Assembly (NCBI GenBank): GCA_001599295.1
Contig: BCGN01000002.1
Location: forward strand, 2,108,001 to 2,172,000
Source of the DNA: Sporopachydermia quercuum
Taxonomy: Eukaryota
Direction of reading: 5' to 3'
DNA length: 64,000 nt
Shown: one piece after another, positions 12,511-23,373 of the stretch
How the letters are laid out: every line of letters starts with the position of its first letter
How positions within the stretch are numbered: position 1 is the first letter of the stretch
Made by a program: the position numbers and the translations under genes
The notes under the pieces: model-generated
Told to the model about the DNA's origin: nothing
Seen by the model: only the letters and a program-made list of their open reading frames with translations
The model's database searches: none

Positions 12511-12580
12511 TCCTGCAAAAGACTGCTCCTCAATGTATGCTCCTGCAAATTGATGCATCTCAATGTATATTCCTGCAAAA
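12511..12580. repeat. Imperfect 30-bp tandem repeat (about 2.3 copies) in the divergent IMP2/PTI1 intergenic region
   Basis: TCCTGCAAA starts at 12511, 12541 and 12571. CTCAATGTAT recurs at the same offset in the first two copies. Confidence 0.8.
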
Positions 12581-12872
12581 CTCTCTACAATACCCCTTGT
12601 TAATATTCAATTCACCTAGAATTCTCATTGCTGTAACATATCAACTGACAAACATCTTTTTCATCAGAGATATCACAGCTAACTATCATAGAATAGTCCA
12701 AATAAAATAGGTATTTAATAATTCTCTCATTTGATAAAGTCACAAGTGTATTGCATCAGAAAACTCATCTTATATTAGCTTTTCCGACTTAAGTAATGCA
12801 ATAGTTCTTCCTACCAACACAGTAGCATTGACCACCACAGATCACATATTAGCAAGCGTCTTCACCAGGAAA

Positions 12873-14112
12873 ATGGGAGATAAGGGAACAGTAGTAGCGA
12901 TTACGGGGTTCCCTCGCAATCTAGATGAAGATACAATTAAACGTATGTCTTTATTCCTTATTGAAGTGGCTTTCAGTGACAAATGCTCTAGGCATGACAT
13001 CCTGCCGTTCATATATACTAACTATTATACCTCTAGAGATTGTATCTTCATTTGGTACTGTATCAAACGTAGTTGCCATGAGAGACAATTCTGGAAGATT
13101 TTCAGGCAAATGCGCTGTGGAATATGTCAGTAAGTAGAATATTAAAATGTAGGACGTCCTGGATGTGATGCTCATTACTGGGGTTTGTTGCACTAGTAGC
13201 AATGACCATGTTCATTGTGCATAACGTAATTACTAACTAATCATTACTATAGATTATGAAACAGCAGAAACAGCTGTGAATCTTCTTTCACAGTTGAAAA
13301 GTGAATACTATACATTAACGGCGGAAATTGTTGATACTGAAGGATCATCGCAATCAACAGGAGAGAGAAACAATAAATCAAGAAGAGGTGATGCTAGTAC
13401 ATCGGAAAGGCTCATAGAAGAAGATGCTCAAACACAAGCTAAAAGAATTCTTTCTTTAAACCAAATGGAGGATTCAGCTGGAAGTCAAAAGCAAAAAGAG
13501 GCAATAGAATCGAAAAAATCAGCTACTAACAAAGAGAGTGAATCCGAAGCCCAAGTTCCACCATATGAAGTAAACACTGCCCAGTCATCAATTCTAACAG
13601 TGATACCTCCAGATCAGCTGCTACAGATTCTTTCATCTTTCAAACAAGTACTTGATAGCAATGCCAGCAATCAAGCTCAGATATTCCAAATGCTTAATGA
13701 TCCTACTCAGAGGGAACTAGTTCAGGCTTTAGTACAATGCTTTTTGCTAATGGGATTAATAAATATGGACGTAATAACTACAGCTGTTGCCAATGCACGA
13801 GGAAATGCACCCCTTGATAATTCGTTTGTATCTGGTTCTAGTTCTGCCACAGACTCTTTTCAGTCGCCTCCGCTACCGCCGCCACCTGGTCCGGCTCCAT
13901 CCCAACGGTCAGTTGAGGCTCGAAGGGGTTATGGTTCATATGGCAATTCTGCACCGGTTGCACAAACAACCGGACCTCCTGGATTGGATGCTCAACAGGA
14001 GGGACTTGTCAAACAGCTACTTGCGTTGACTAATGAACAAATCTCACAATTACCTTTTGATCAACAGCAGCAAATATATGAATTAAGGCGGCAATACGGT
14101 GTTTACGCCTGA
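12873..14112 (+). CDS. CstF-64 family 3'-end processing factor (RRM, hinge, CSTF_C), closer to Pti1 than Rna15; 340 aa, 2 introns
   Basis: Exons 12873..12942, 13037..13129 and 13253..14112. Introns are GTATGT..TACTAAC..TAG and GTAAGT..TACTAAC..TAG. The spliced product has a degenerate RRM (VAITGFPRNLDEDTIKQIVSSFGTV...GKCAVEYVNYETAETAVNLL), the hinge IPPDQLLQILSSFK...LLMGLI, and the C-terminus VKQLLALTNEQISQLPFDQQQQIYELRRQY. Confidence 0.82.
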
Positions 14113-14947
14113 ATGTAATATGGCACAACTGAAACATGCTCATGAGACTCCAATTGTGTATCGTTCGGTGACATATCATATAATAGCCAGTCAGTGTAAA
14201 AGCTGTTGCTGACTCACCAGTTAAGAGAGTAAATGTATGATTAATTGCACCACTTTATGTTATGGGCTGGACATTAGCTCGTGTTAGCTCAAATCTAGCT
14301 CTCTATTGACAGGAGAGGTATTAGACGAAATATACCAGATTTGTCTTACCTGTTCAAAAAACATTGTGAAATATTTTCTTGGTATCTTGAAAATTTAGAA
14401 AAATGACCATTGGGAGTGGGATCGTGACAGTTTTTTCTCTGACGACAATTCAGCAAATATATAATGAACGTGCATTGGTCGATTAAGGGTTTTACTTATG
14501 AAATTATGCCAAACAAGCGTTCTGATACATTAGTCATGCCGAATATTTGCATTATTATTCCGATACTAGATTTTGTATATATGTTCATCAAAGCATGCAA
14601 TTTAAGCGGTACTTCATGATAGGAGGTATGGTTTCACAATTAAGTAGAAGTATCTTCCTTAATATCGATCATTTATTTCACTATAAAAACAATGATATCG
14701 AGGCATCTTTTGTACAACTATATTTACTATGTACATTGTAAGCTCTAATAAAAGATACATAGCGGAAATATCACTTGTCTCTGAATCCAGAACGCTTAGA
14801 AAAAGTACAGCATCAGCTGAACTATTCCACCAATTAATTCAATCCAATTATAATCGAGCACCAAACTTATCGTTATCAATAACACATTCATAAGTAGATT
14901 GAAGTAAAATCGTTGAAACGTTATACTCAATGCTTTCTATAATTTGC

Positions 14948-15862
14948 TTACCGAGTCCCGCATTTCGGTAATAAATTTATTCATTAGAACAAAAGCGGAA
15001 GACTGTATGAAGTATGTGAANAGAATAAAATTAACCTTTAGAAAAGAACGTTTCGGTTATAGACGAAAGTTCGCATTTTGCGGGGTTTTAAGTATTTCAG
15101 ATGCATGAGAGTGCATGAGTAGTTAACTACGAATTACTGGCTGTCAAGGAGTTTGTTTGTCAGATACAGATATATATGATGTGAGTTGATTTAGATATTG
15201 TTCTCAGAATACAACTCAAAAATTAAACAAAGTCAATTGTACTTCCCAATGTTTTCAATGCGGTTGGGCTATTTTGATCGATAATTGTAGGTAAATAGGT
15301 TGTAATTTGTCCTGATATAGGTGATAAGTAACCCCAACGGGAAAAGTTTATTATTTTGTCTGCATATGTTCTCAAAGACACAACACCTACTTGTTTCTAA
15401 ACTCATCAGTAGAGATTTTTGACTACAACATAGATATTAACTATCAAAGAAGTCAGTTCATGTTCCAAAGCTTCATTGATCACACAATATTTTTTAGACC
15501 ACTCTTCTACCTAGTCATCTTGTAGCGTAGTTAATTATTCATTGTTNTTAAAGATCCTCTCCCGAATAAAATTCTGATATGCCAACTCTATTTTTGAATA
15601 TGCATGAGTACTGCATTAGCTATTTTTGAGCCTGTAGCAAGTACCCCCTTTTCGCCTTACTGAATTTCGGTAATAAATAAGACCAGCAAATACCATACCA
15701 ATATTCAATCAAAACAGCTATGAGGTTAAACTATTTTCAAGCTTTTACTAGTAGATTTTNAACTCAGATCGGCCCGATAATTTGAAATTCACACCCTAAG
15801 TTAAACAATGGGATTTCTATATAAAGCTCTATGTAGGAACAAGTAAAATTGGGAGGCCTCGG
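14948..15862. promoter_or_regulatory. Zn2Cys6-type elements upstream of the peroxisomal acyl-CoA ligase
   Basis: Perfect inverted repeat TTACCGA-N10-TCGGTAA at 14948-14971. The 15-mer ATTTCGGTAATAAAT occurs at 14962 and 15664. CCTCGG (FarA/Por1/Ctf1-type site) is at 15857-15862. Confidence 0.45.
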
Positions 15863-16642
15863 TAAACGCGTTGTTCTTCAGTTGCTACTGGTAAAATTTT
15901 AACTGGGGATGCATCAGAATACCTTTTTTTTTATAATAATTTAATACTCATAAATNGTTTACTGATTGAATAAGGATTAAATGAATGTGTTTTGCAAGCT
16001 AAAGTTTAAATATTAATATAAAAATCTCTGCAAGTTCTATGCATGTTGTTTATGGATGCAGAAAGCTTATTAATAACCTAAGGAACAACTGTCGGATTAT
16101 CCTAGGCTTCGTGAGCATCTTGGAAATCCATCGGTAGAAAAATCACAGTAATATATTAGATGCTTAATATTAGAAAGTTATAATAAACAGTACCAATCCC
16201 CATCTACTATTGAGTCAAGATTATCCTTTAAACGATACAATTTCTTATTCCCTATCTTCCTACAATAGACGAGGGCTACATTAATAAATTATTGAACCCT
16301 TTTTTCAACCTTCCCTTTTCAGTTCATCTGCCTAAACCTTATCTCACTCATTGGTCACTATAACTTTAAAATAAAGTGATGGTTCCTAAATAACATTCAG
16401 TTAATGTCACAGTATTGATCAACGGAATGAATGACTTGAATAGTTAGTGAAACCTTTAATGATATATGAGAAAATTATATAACTAGGCAATTGCCATCTG
16501 GTTATCATTTAAAAATCTGTAGCATAATCCTTGGAACAAAGAAACGACTTCTTGGGTATACACACGCGTTAGATGTCCGTAATCGAACTATCGTTTGAAC
16601 GAACACAATAATTTGTCTAAACCTATCTGAAAATCCATCAAA

Positions 16643-18286
16643 ATGAGAATCTACAAATCTCCTCGACCAGCTATTCCTTTGTTTAAAGGTAATATTGCTC
16701 AGCTCATTCGTGAAATGAGAACACCTGCTACTAATCCTGATAATCCTTTATACATCGATGCTGTCAATGGGGAATCACTATCATACAGGCAAATGCTGAA
16801 ATTCACAGAGAAAATGTCATACAATCTGAAACATTTATATGGGATTGGCTATGATGATGTCGTTACTTTTTTCTGTAATTCTCATGTTTACGTACCCGCT
16901 ATGCATCATGCTATCTTATCAGTAGGTGGTGTAGTATCACCTGCAAACGTTATGTATACACCAGAAGAATTGCTTCATCAACTGGAAATCACAAGACCAA
17001 AACTAATCATCTGCAGACCCTATTTGAAAGAAGTGGCTGAAAAAGCAGTTCAATTGGCTCGGCCGGAGATAGCTAATAATATTCGGGCAGTTGTCACTAG
17101 TCAGGAACTAGTAGTTCAAGTATATGGCGACACTAATGAAGACCATGTGCTTTACCCAATTGAAATAAAGGAAGAAGAAGCAAAGGAAAAATTAGCATAT
17201 CTTTGCTTTTCTTCTGGAACCTCAGGTAAACCGAAGTCTGTTATGACAACTCATGCGAATATCATAGCTCATACTCAACAAATTGCTGATAGTTTACCTT
17301 CATGGGATTCCACATCAGTCCATGCTGCCTGCATACCNTTAACTCACATGCTAGGTTTACTCCTTTATATATATGTATCATCATATATTGGTTCAAGAGT
17401 TGTTACGTTTGAAAAATTTGACTTAGAATTATTACTTCGGAAGATAGTTGAGTATAGAGTAACCCATGCAAGTTTAGTTCCGCCAATGCTAGTTTTGCTT
17501 GCCAAATCTCCAATCACCGATAAGTATAAATCTGAAGTGAACAAAACCTGGAGAGTTATCCTAAGCGCAGCTGCACCTTTATCAAGGTCTTTATGTGAAC
17601 AAGTTAATGAGAAGATCCCAGATGTTAAAATCATGCAAACATATGGTATGACTGAGATTTTACTAACTCACGTCAATGATCCAACCAATTTGACTGATTC
17701 TGGTTCAATTGGATTCTTGATGGCTAATCAACAAGCAAGACTTGTTGATGAAAATGACAATGATGTTCCTGAGGGTGAACGAGGGGAGTTGTTAATAAAA
17801 GGACCTACAATAATGAGAGGTTACCTGAATAACAAACAAGCAACTGAAGAAACTATTACCAAAGATGGTTGGATGAGAACTGGTGATATTGCTCTAAAGA
17901 CACCAGATGATCAATGGTTCATTGTCGATAGAAGAAAAGAATTGATAAAATCAAAGGGGAACCAAGTAGCTCCTGCTGAACTTGAAGCCATATTGCTGCA
18001 ACATCATGGGGTAGCTGATTGTGCTGTCACTGGCTATCATGTACCAGAAGAAGGCACTGAGTTACCAAGAGCATATGTGGTTTTGAAACATCCTCATGTT
18101 CATCCATTAACAATCAAGGAATGGTTTGACAGTAAAGTTGCCAAATACAAACGTTTATTTGGCGGAGTTGTGGTTTTAAACGAAATTCCTAAAAATCCTT
18201 CTGGTAAGATTCTCAGAAGACATCTTAGAGATCGTAAAGATGACTTTGCCCATGGCTTCAGTTTATCAAAAGAGTCCAAATTATAG
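16643..18286 (+). CDS. Peroxisomal adenylate-forming acyl/aryl-CoA ligase (4-coumarate-CoA-ligase-like, Yarrowia AAL-type), 547 aa
   Basis: AMP-binding motifs FSSGTSGKPK, YGMTE, RTGDI, DRRKELIK and IPKNPSGKILRR. The C-terminus is the PTS1 tripeptide SKL. Confidence 0.92.
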   Translation: MRIYKSPRPAIPLFKGNIAQLIREMRTPATNPDNPLYIDAVNGESLSYRQMLKFTEKMSYNLKHLYGIGYDDVVTFFCNSHVYVPAMHHAILSVGGVVSPANVMYTPEELLHQLEITRPKLIICRPYLKEVAEKAVQLARPEIANNIRAVVTSQELVVQVYGDTNEDHVLYPIEIKEEEAKEKLAYLCFSSGTSGKPKSVMTTHANIIAHTQQIADSLPSWDSTSVHAACIXLTHMLGLLLYIYVSSYIGSRVVTFEKFDLELLLRKIVEYRVTHASLVPPMLVLLAKSPITDKYKSEVNKTWRVILSAAAPLSRSLCEQVNEKIPDVKIMQTYGMTEILLTHVNDPTNLTDSGSIGFLMANQQARLVDENDNDVPEGERGELLIKGPTIMRGYLNNKQATEETITKDGWMRTGDIALKTPDDQWFIVDRRKELIKSKGNQVAPAELEAILLQHHGVADCAVTGYHVPEEGTELPRAYVVLKHPHVHPLTIKEWFDSKVAKYKRLFGGVVVLNEIPKNPSGKILRRHLRDRKDDFAHGFSLSKESKL

Positions 18287-19265
18287 CTTAGTACTCGCTA
18301 GTTAAACCAGCTTACAGAGTGGAGCTTTAATGATTAGTAATGATTTTATGAAAAATTTATGTCTGACTTATTCTTTGATTGATTTGTTTATCGTAGATTT
18401 AGTACAATGAAAAGAGAGTGAGAGATGTGCCAGTGTCACATGCAATAATGGGAGGAGACCTGTTGTCAGTTGAAGCGAGTTTGATGATAGAATGAAAGGA
18501 GTGGTTATTGGATTATGAAAAAGGATTTGTGTGTCCATTTCATTGGTTTATCTGGCTTCAATCAGATGTTTGTGGTATTTTATTTACATCGATTACATGA
18601 TTCTAGTTCTNTGGAACTAATCAGGTTAAATTTGCTGGCTTTGTGCTGCATGATTCTGCAATACTTGAATATGGTGTATCAACCTTAAACTCCTTTCAAA
18701 GATGGAGTTGTAAATCTTTGAATATTAATACTTTCTTCCATTATAGAATATCTAACAATGTAGAAATGGCAAAAGTTATGCATGAAGAAAATAATATGGT
18801 GTCTACTGAATCTTTAGAAATACTGCCTTTCTTACCTACCTTTCACCTAANAAGCAAACTCCAGCCGTCAATACAGTATAAATGCACAATTATGCATCAT
18901 ACTACAAATATGCAAAACACACATACTCATGCATAAACTCCTAATCCTTATTNACCTCATCTGAAGCATTTTTTTGTATTACTTCAAAAATGAGAATCTT
19001 ATAGATTCTTTTTTTCCTTTGCTAAATATCTTTATCCGTCATTAATATTTATCATTGTTTCTCTTCTTATTAACAATACTTTAGTCGAACGCTAACAGCT
19101 TCCATTTGAGAAATCCTTTAATACAGAACGTTTGTTACGTCTGCAGAAATTCCCACAGTTACTCAAAAGCTGTAGTGATTTATTAAAACATCATAACATG
19201 ACAAATGATTTTATTAACCATTTTCAGTCATTGTCCTTATCGTCACAATTATAATCCTACCGGAA

Positions 19266-22200
19266 ATGTCAATAGTCTATAGGAAATTTCCTACAGGCAG
19301 AGCAATTGNATTTTCAAACTGGAGAATATACAGCGAAAATGGGTTTCCTAAACGACATAGGCAATTTGGACAGCTCTTTGGTCGTGAATATTTACATACA
19401 TGCTCCTCTTCCCTCACAACGACATCAACATCAACGTCAATATCAACAGTTCCACCTAAAACCGTCAAACGGCTGAAGAGAACTCATTCATATTCAAAGC
19501 TGATGAAATCTCCTGTTGATAGACAGGAAGTTGAGTTTATTAGGTCTTTCAAATCCAAACTTGACTCCAGTGATGTGTTGAGCTGTTTAGATGCTGTTGT
19601 AAGCTATATATCAAAGAGTTATATTAATAGAATGAGTACAGAAGAAATTCAACCTTTACTTTCACTGATTTTGTTACAAGCTATCAGGCAAGACCAATCC
19701 TTGAAACTATTGCATGATGTTTACTCTCAAATGATCTACTTCAACATCGGGTTTGAGTATTTTGATAGCTCCTCTTTTGCTTGTTTATTGAAACTATTTC
19801 TAGCTAGCGGCGATAGTAATGGAATCACAAAAATAATGAACCATTGGATATTTGTGCTGAAACGTGATGCTGAAACACTTTTACTGGATCCAGGAGTCTT
19901 AACGCCTGAGGAGATCATGACCATAGTAAAGATTTCAAAAGTAGATTTTGATGCAGAAGAAGCAAATAAAAACAGAAGCGTAATTTCTAGGGAGAATAAA
20001 ATGTCGGATAGGCTTGGAATTGTGCATGAAAATGAAATAAATGAGAATGTCAATGAAAATAAGAAAAATAACATTGATAATAGTATCTCAGAAATAAAGA
20101 GCGATGAGAACTTCGGCTCTGGTTCTACAGCATCTATTCGTTTTGCTGAAGATATCATCCAGAAAAAATTCAAGTTTTCATTCGATCCTACAAAGTATCC
20201 ATTTATCAACGCCGATGATTTCTACAATCTTCCTTACTATGAACAATATAAACTACTATCAAAGGACGATCAGCTGCGATTTGATCGCCAATATAGAAAT
20301 TTCTGTTTTACCCGTCAATACCAGTTAGAAACAGGTCTCATCGAGTGCTCGAGGAAGGAGTTTATATATGATATACAGCACAATCAACATATGAGAACAG
20401 GTGTTATATTGAAACTGTGGAGCAATTATATCAACGAATGGGCATCTGATGTTGCAGCATTAATAGANAAGTTTAAAGCTGGTGATTTGGATCAGGCAGA
20501 TGAATTGAACACTGATATCAAGAAACTTAGGAAAGATCTGGAATTATCAACACTATTATTCAGTGTATGCAAACCAATAGACATTGCATATTTGATTATC
20601 ACTGAGACAATGATTTTTCTATCAAATGCGTCGGAGGAAGAGACTGGGTCACCAAGAGTTATATCATTAATAAGAAAGCTNAATAGAAGTTTGAACCAAT
20701 TGATGTTTAAGATGTTTAGAGCCACAGTTGAAGATATTAACAATAATGGGTTAGCCGCCAATGAGGGTACTGGGGATAGATTTAATAGTCTGTTTAGAAG
20801 ATTCCATTGGAATGACGTTGAATTAACCAGAATATCTGCTGGGCTTTTAAATCTTTTAATCAATGTGGCTACTGTGAACATTGTGAATGGAGAAATAGAC
20901 ATGAACTTTGACACTGCTAATAAGACCATACTCACTGACAGCAATTCTACAACTCCTGTGTTCCATACTCAAATTGTTATGTTAAGGGGTAAAAAATATG
21001 GCACTATTGATGTGATACCTCAATTTTATTCATACCTGGGCAAACTGCCTAATATGGAGGGAAAGCTTGACCCTCTCAGCTTCCCAATGTTAATTACACC
21101 AAAATTGAGAACCGGAATCACTTCTGGTGGGCATCACTTTATCCCTGGTCGGCTAGTTTCACATGTGAGATCAGAGGCTGAAGTTTTGAAAGTGATAAGT
21201 GAGTATTCGGACCGTAATAGATTAGACGCTTTATATGCAGCACTGGACGTTATTGGATCCACTGTTTGGGCTGTCAATAGGAATATCTTGAAAGTATTAT
21301 CAGCAGTTATGAAAAATGGGCTCAATTTTCTTGATGTTGCTATAGAAGTCGATAAAAGCCTACTAGAACAATCTGGAGATGCAGGTTTACCTCGGTGGGA
21401 AAGAAGGAAAGCAAAAGCTAAGTATGGGAACCAATTTGCAGAAGCTAACAATAATAAACATATATTATACCTTGCAAACCTGTTTGATAGATCAGGAGAT
21501 CAAATGTTCTTTTCTCCTATCATTGATTTCAGAGGAAGAGTTTATCCTTCTGCTGCTAGTTTTTCATTCATAAACACTGATCATATAAGAGCAATATTTA
21601 TGTTTTGGTATGGAAAACCATTAGGAAGAAAAGGATTAGATTGGTTGAAAGTTCATTTAGCCAATATGTACGGCATTGATAAAGTCTCCTTTAAAGATAG
21701 AATCAAATTTGTTGATGATCATATCAATGAGGTGTTTGATTCAGCAGAAAGGCCATTAGATGGAAAGAAATGGTGGTGCAAAGCTGATAAGCCATGGCAA
21801 GTATTATCTGTGTGTTTTGAGCTGGCTCAAGCCCTTAAAATGAGAAATCCTGAAAATTTTATCTCTCATTTGCCTATCCATTTGGATGGTAGTTGTAATG
21901 GATTACAACATTACGCTGCGCTAGGTAAAGATTATGAAGGAGGGTCACAAGTAAATTTGATAGATAGTGAACTACCCAGTGATATTTATAGTGTAGTATT
22001 GGAATTAGTTAAAAAGCGGATGGAAAATGATAAGGAGGATGGCAATGAAAGAGCTAAGATCATTCTACCTTATATGAATAGAAAGATAGTCAAACAGAGT
22101 GTCATGACGAAAGTTTATGGCTTGACAGTTTACGGTATGAATCAACAAGTATTAGAAAAGCTTAAGGACATTGTTAAACATGAAAAAATGGAAAAGAATG

Positions 22201-23222
22201 AAAGGGATCCAAGCTTTGAAAATGATATCTACACAATTTCCAGTTTATCAGAAGCTGAGCTAACGAATATATCTGGTTATATTGCCAGTAATATCGAAGA
22301 AGCAATATCTACACTTTTCTCAGGGTCAAAATTAATTCAAGACTGGCTGAATAATGTGGTATCATCAATAGGAACATCAATAAGATATGATACATACTGT
22401 GCCATTCAAAGGAGAAAAATAGATGAGTTGGATTTGATTGAACCGAATACGAGGTCTGTTATGTCAATTATATGGACATCGCCAATTGGATTACCTGTTG
22501 TTCAAACATATAAGCAAAAATCGACTATATCCGTAAGGACTTCATTGCAAGCAATATATATTGATGATCCTTTCTCTAAAGATAAGGTGGATATTAGAAA
22601 ACAAAGGAATTCTATTGCTCCTAACTATATTCATTCTCTAGACGCTTCACATTTATACTTGACTGCTTTAGCCTTGAGTAAGAAGACCTCAAATGTTGAT
22701 ATTACCAAGTATAATCCGAAGATTGAATTTGCCTCGGTTCATGATTCTTTCTGGACACATGCATGTGATATTGATGAATTGAATAGAACATTGAGACAAG
22801 AATTCGTTTGTATGTATAAAAGTGATCCTGTAGGTAGGCTCAGGAAAGATTTCATGGAGAGATATGATGGCTATTTATTGTATGGATATATTAGATGTGA
22901 TACTGAAGCAGGAAAAAGTGTTATGGCTTTCAGACAAAGGAATAACCTGCCGCAGTTATCAATTACTGTTAGAGAACTGAAGCTCGAGTATGACAGGTGG
23001 CAACTGATCAAAGATGGGAAAAACAGTAAAATAGAAACGCCTATGNGCATAATTGAGGATTTAAGGGCTGCGAGTGAAGTTGAATTGGATATTAAAGGTA
23101 AGAGAAATCATGGTAGAGTGAAATGGGTTCCAGTTTTCAAACTGCTGGAAATACCAGAAATTCCAGAGTCTGGAGATTTAAATGTAGAAGAAGTACTTAA
23201 CAGTAAGTATTTTTTCTCGTAA
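19266..23222 (+). CDS. RPO41: T7-phage-type single-subunit RNA polymerase, mitochondrial RPO41 family (divergent; possibly a paralog), 1318 aa
   Basis: DFRGRVYP; motif A PIHLDGSCNGLQHYAAL; motif B RKIVKQSVMTKVYG; PNYIHSLDASH; motif C FASVHDSFWTH; C-terminal YFFS. The R/S/T-rich N-terminus looks like a presequence and is followed by a PPR-like helix pair. Confidence 0.9.
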   Translation: MSIVYRKFPTGRAIXFSNWRIYSENGFPKRHRQFGQLFGREYLHTCSSSLTTTSTSTSISTVPPKTVKRLKRTHSYSKLMKSPVDRQEVEFIRSFKSKLDSSDVLSCLDAVVSYISKSYINRMSTEEIQPLLSLILLQAIRQDQSLKLLHDVYSQMIYFNIGFEYFDSSSFACLLKLFLASGDSNGITKIMNHWIFVLKRDAETLLLDPGVLTPEEIMTIVKISKVDFDAEEANKNRSVISRENKMSDRLGIVHENEINENVNENKKNNIDNSISEIKSDENFGSGSTASIRFAEDIIQKKFKFSFDPTKYPFINADDFYNLPYYEQYKLLSKDDQLRFDRQYRNFCFTRQYQLETGLIECSRKEFIYDIQHNQHMRTGVILKLWSNYINEWASDVAALIXKFKAGDLDQADELNTDIKKLRKDLELSTLLFSVCKPIDIAYLIITETMIFLSNASEEETGSPRVISLIRKXNRSLNQLMFKMFRATVEDINNNGLAANEGTGDRFNSLFRRFHWNDVELTRISAGLLNLLINVATVNIVNGEIDMNFDTANKTILTDSNSTTPVFHTQIVMLRGKKYGTIDVIPQFYSYLGKLPNMEGKLDPLSFPMLITPKLRTGITSGGHHFIPGRLVSHVRSEAEVLKVISEYSDRNRLDALYAALDVIGSTVWAVNRNILKVLSAVMKNGLNFLDVAIEVDKSLLEQSGDAGLPRWERRKAKAKYGNQFAEANNNKHILYLANLFDRSGDQMFFSPIIDFRGRVYPSAASFSFINTDHIRAIFMFWYGKPLGRKGLDWLKVHLANMYGIDKVSFKDRIKFVDDHINEVFDSAERPLDGKKWWCKADKPWQVLSVCFELAQALKMRNPENFISHLPIHLDGSCNGLQHYAALGKDYEGGSQVNLIDSELPSDIYSVVLELVKKRMENDKEDGNERAKIILPYMNRKIVKQSVMTKVYGLTVYGMNQQVLEKLKDIVKHEKMEKNERDPSFENDIYTISSLSEAELTNISGYIASNIEEAISTLFSGSKLIQDWLNNVVSSIGTSIRYDTYCAIQRRKIDELDLIEPNTRSVMSIIWTSPIGLPVVQTYKQKSTISVRTSLQAIYIDDPFSKDKVDIRKQRNSIAPNYIHSLDASHLYLTALALSKKTSNVDITKYNPKIEFASVHDSFWTHACDIDELNRTLRQEFVCMYKSDPVGRLRKDFMERYDGYLLYGYIRCDTEAGKSVMAFRQRNNLPQLSITVRELKLEYDRWQLIKDGKNSKIETPMXIIEDLRAASEVELDIKGKRNHGRVKWVPVFKLLEIPEIPESGDLNVEEVLNSKYFFS

Positions 23223-23373
23223 CATGTATATATAATATGAACAATCTAATGAAACTATGTATGTGATATTTAGTACGTAATATGAAATAGGAATAAGTAA
23301 AATGAACGGAGTATACTAGTATCCAAGTTTGTTGATCGTGGTGCGTTGTAGTACGTCGTGGCACTGCTATTCT

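Noticed and set aside
12511..12580. CRISPR-like array
   Set aside because: The context is eukaryotic, there are only about 2.3 units, the 'spacers' resemble each other and there are no cas genes.
12828..13202. Three short ORFs as separate genes
   Set aside because: Two are exon fragments of the spliced PTI1/RNA15-like gene running into introns, and the third is its antisense shadow.
19277..21573. Antisense and alternate-frame ORFs within the RPO41-like gene (likewise those in SSL2, RNR2, SKG3, RSA1 and TUB1)
   Set aside because: These are shadow ORFs of long coding regions with no recognisable motifs, and many have non-ATG starts.
19266..23222. Integrated phage or mitochondrial linear-plasmid RNA polymerase
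   Set aside because: It has a long eukaryotic N-terminal extension, the fungal C-terminal insertion and the YFFS end. There is no adjacent B-family DNA polymerase, terminal inverted repeat or phage gene.
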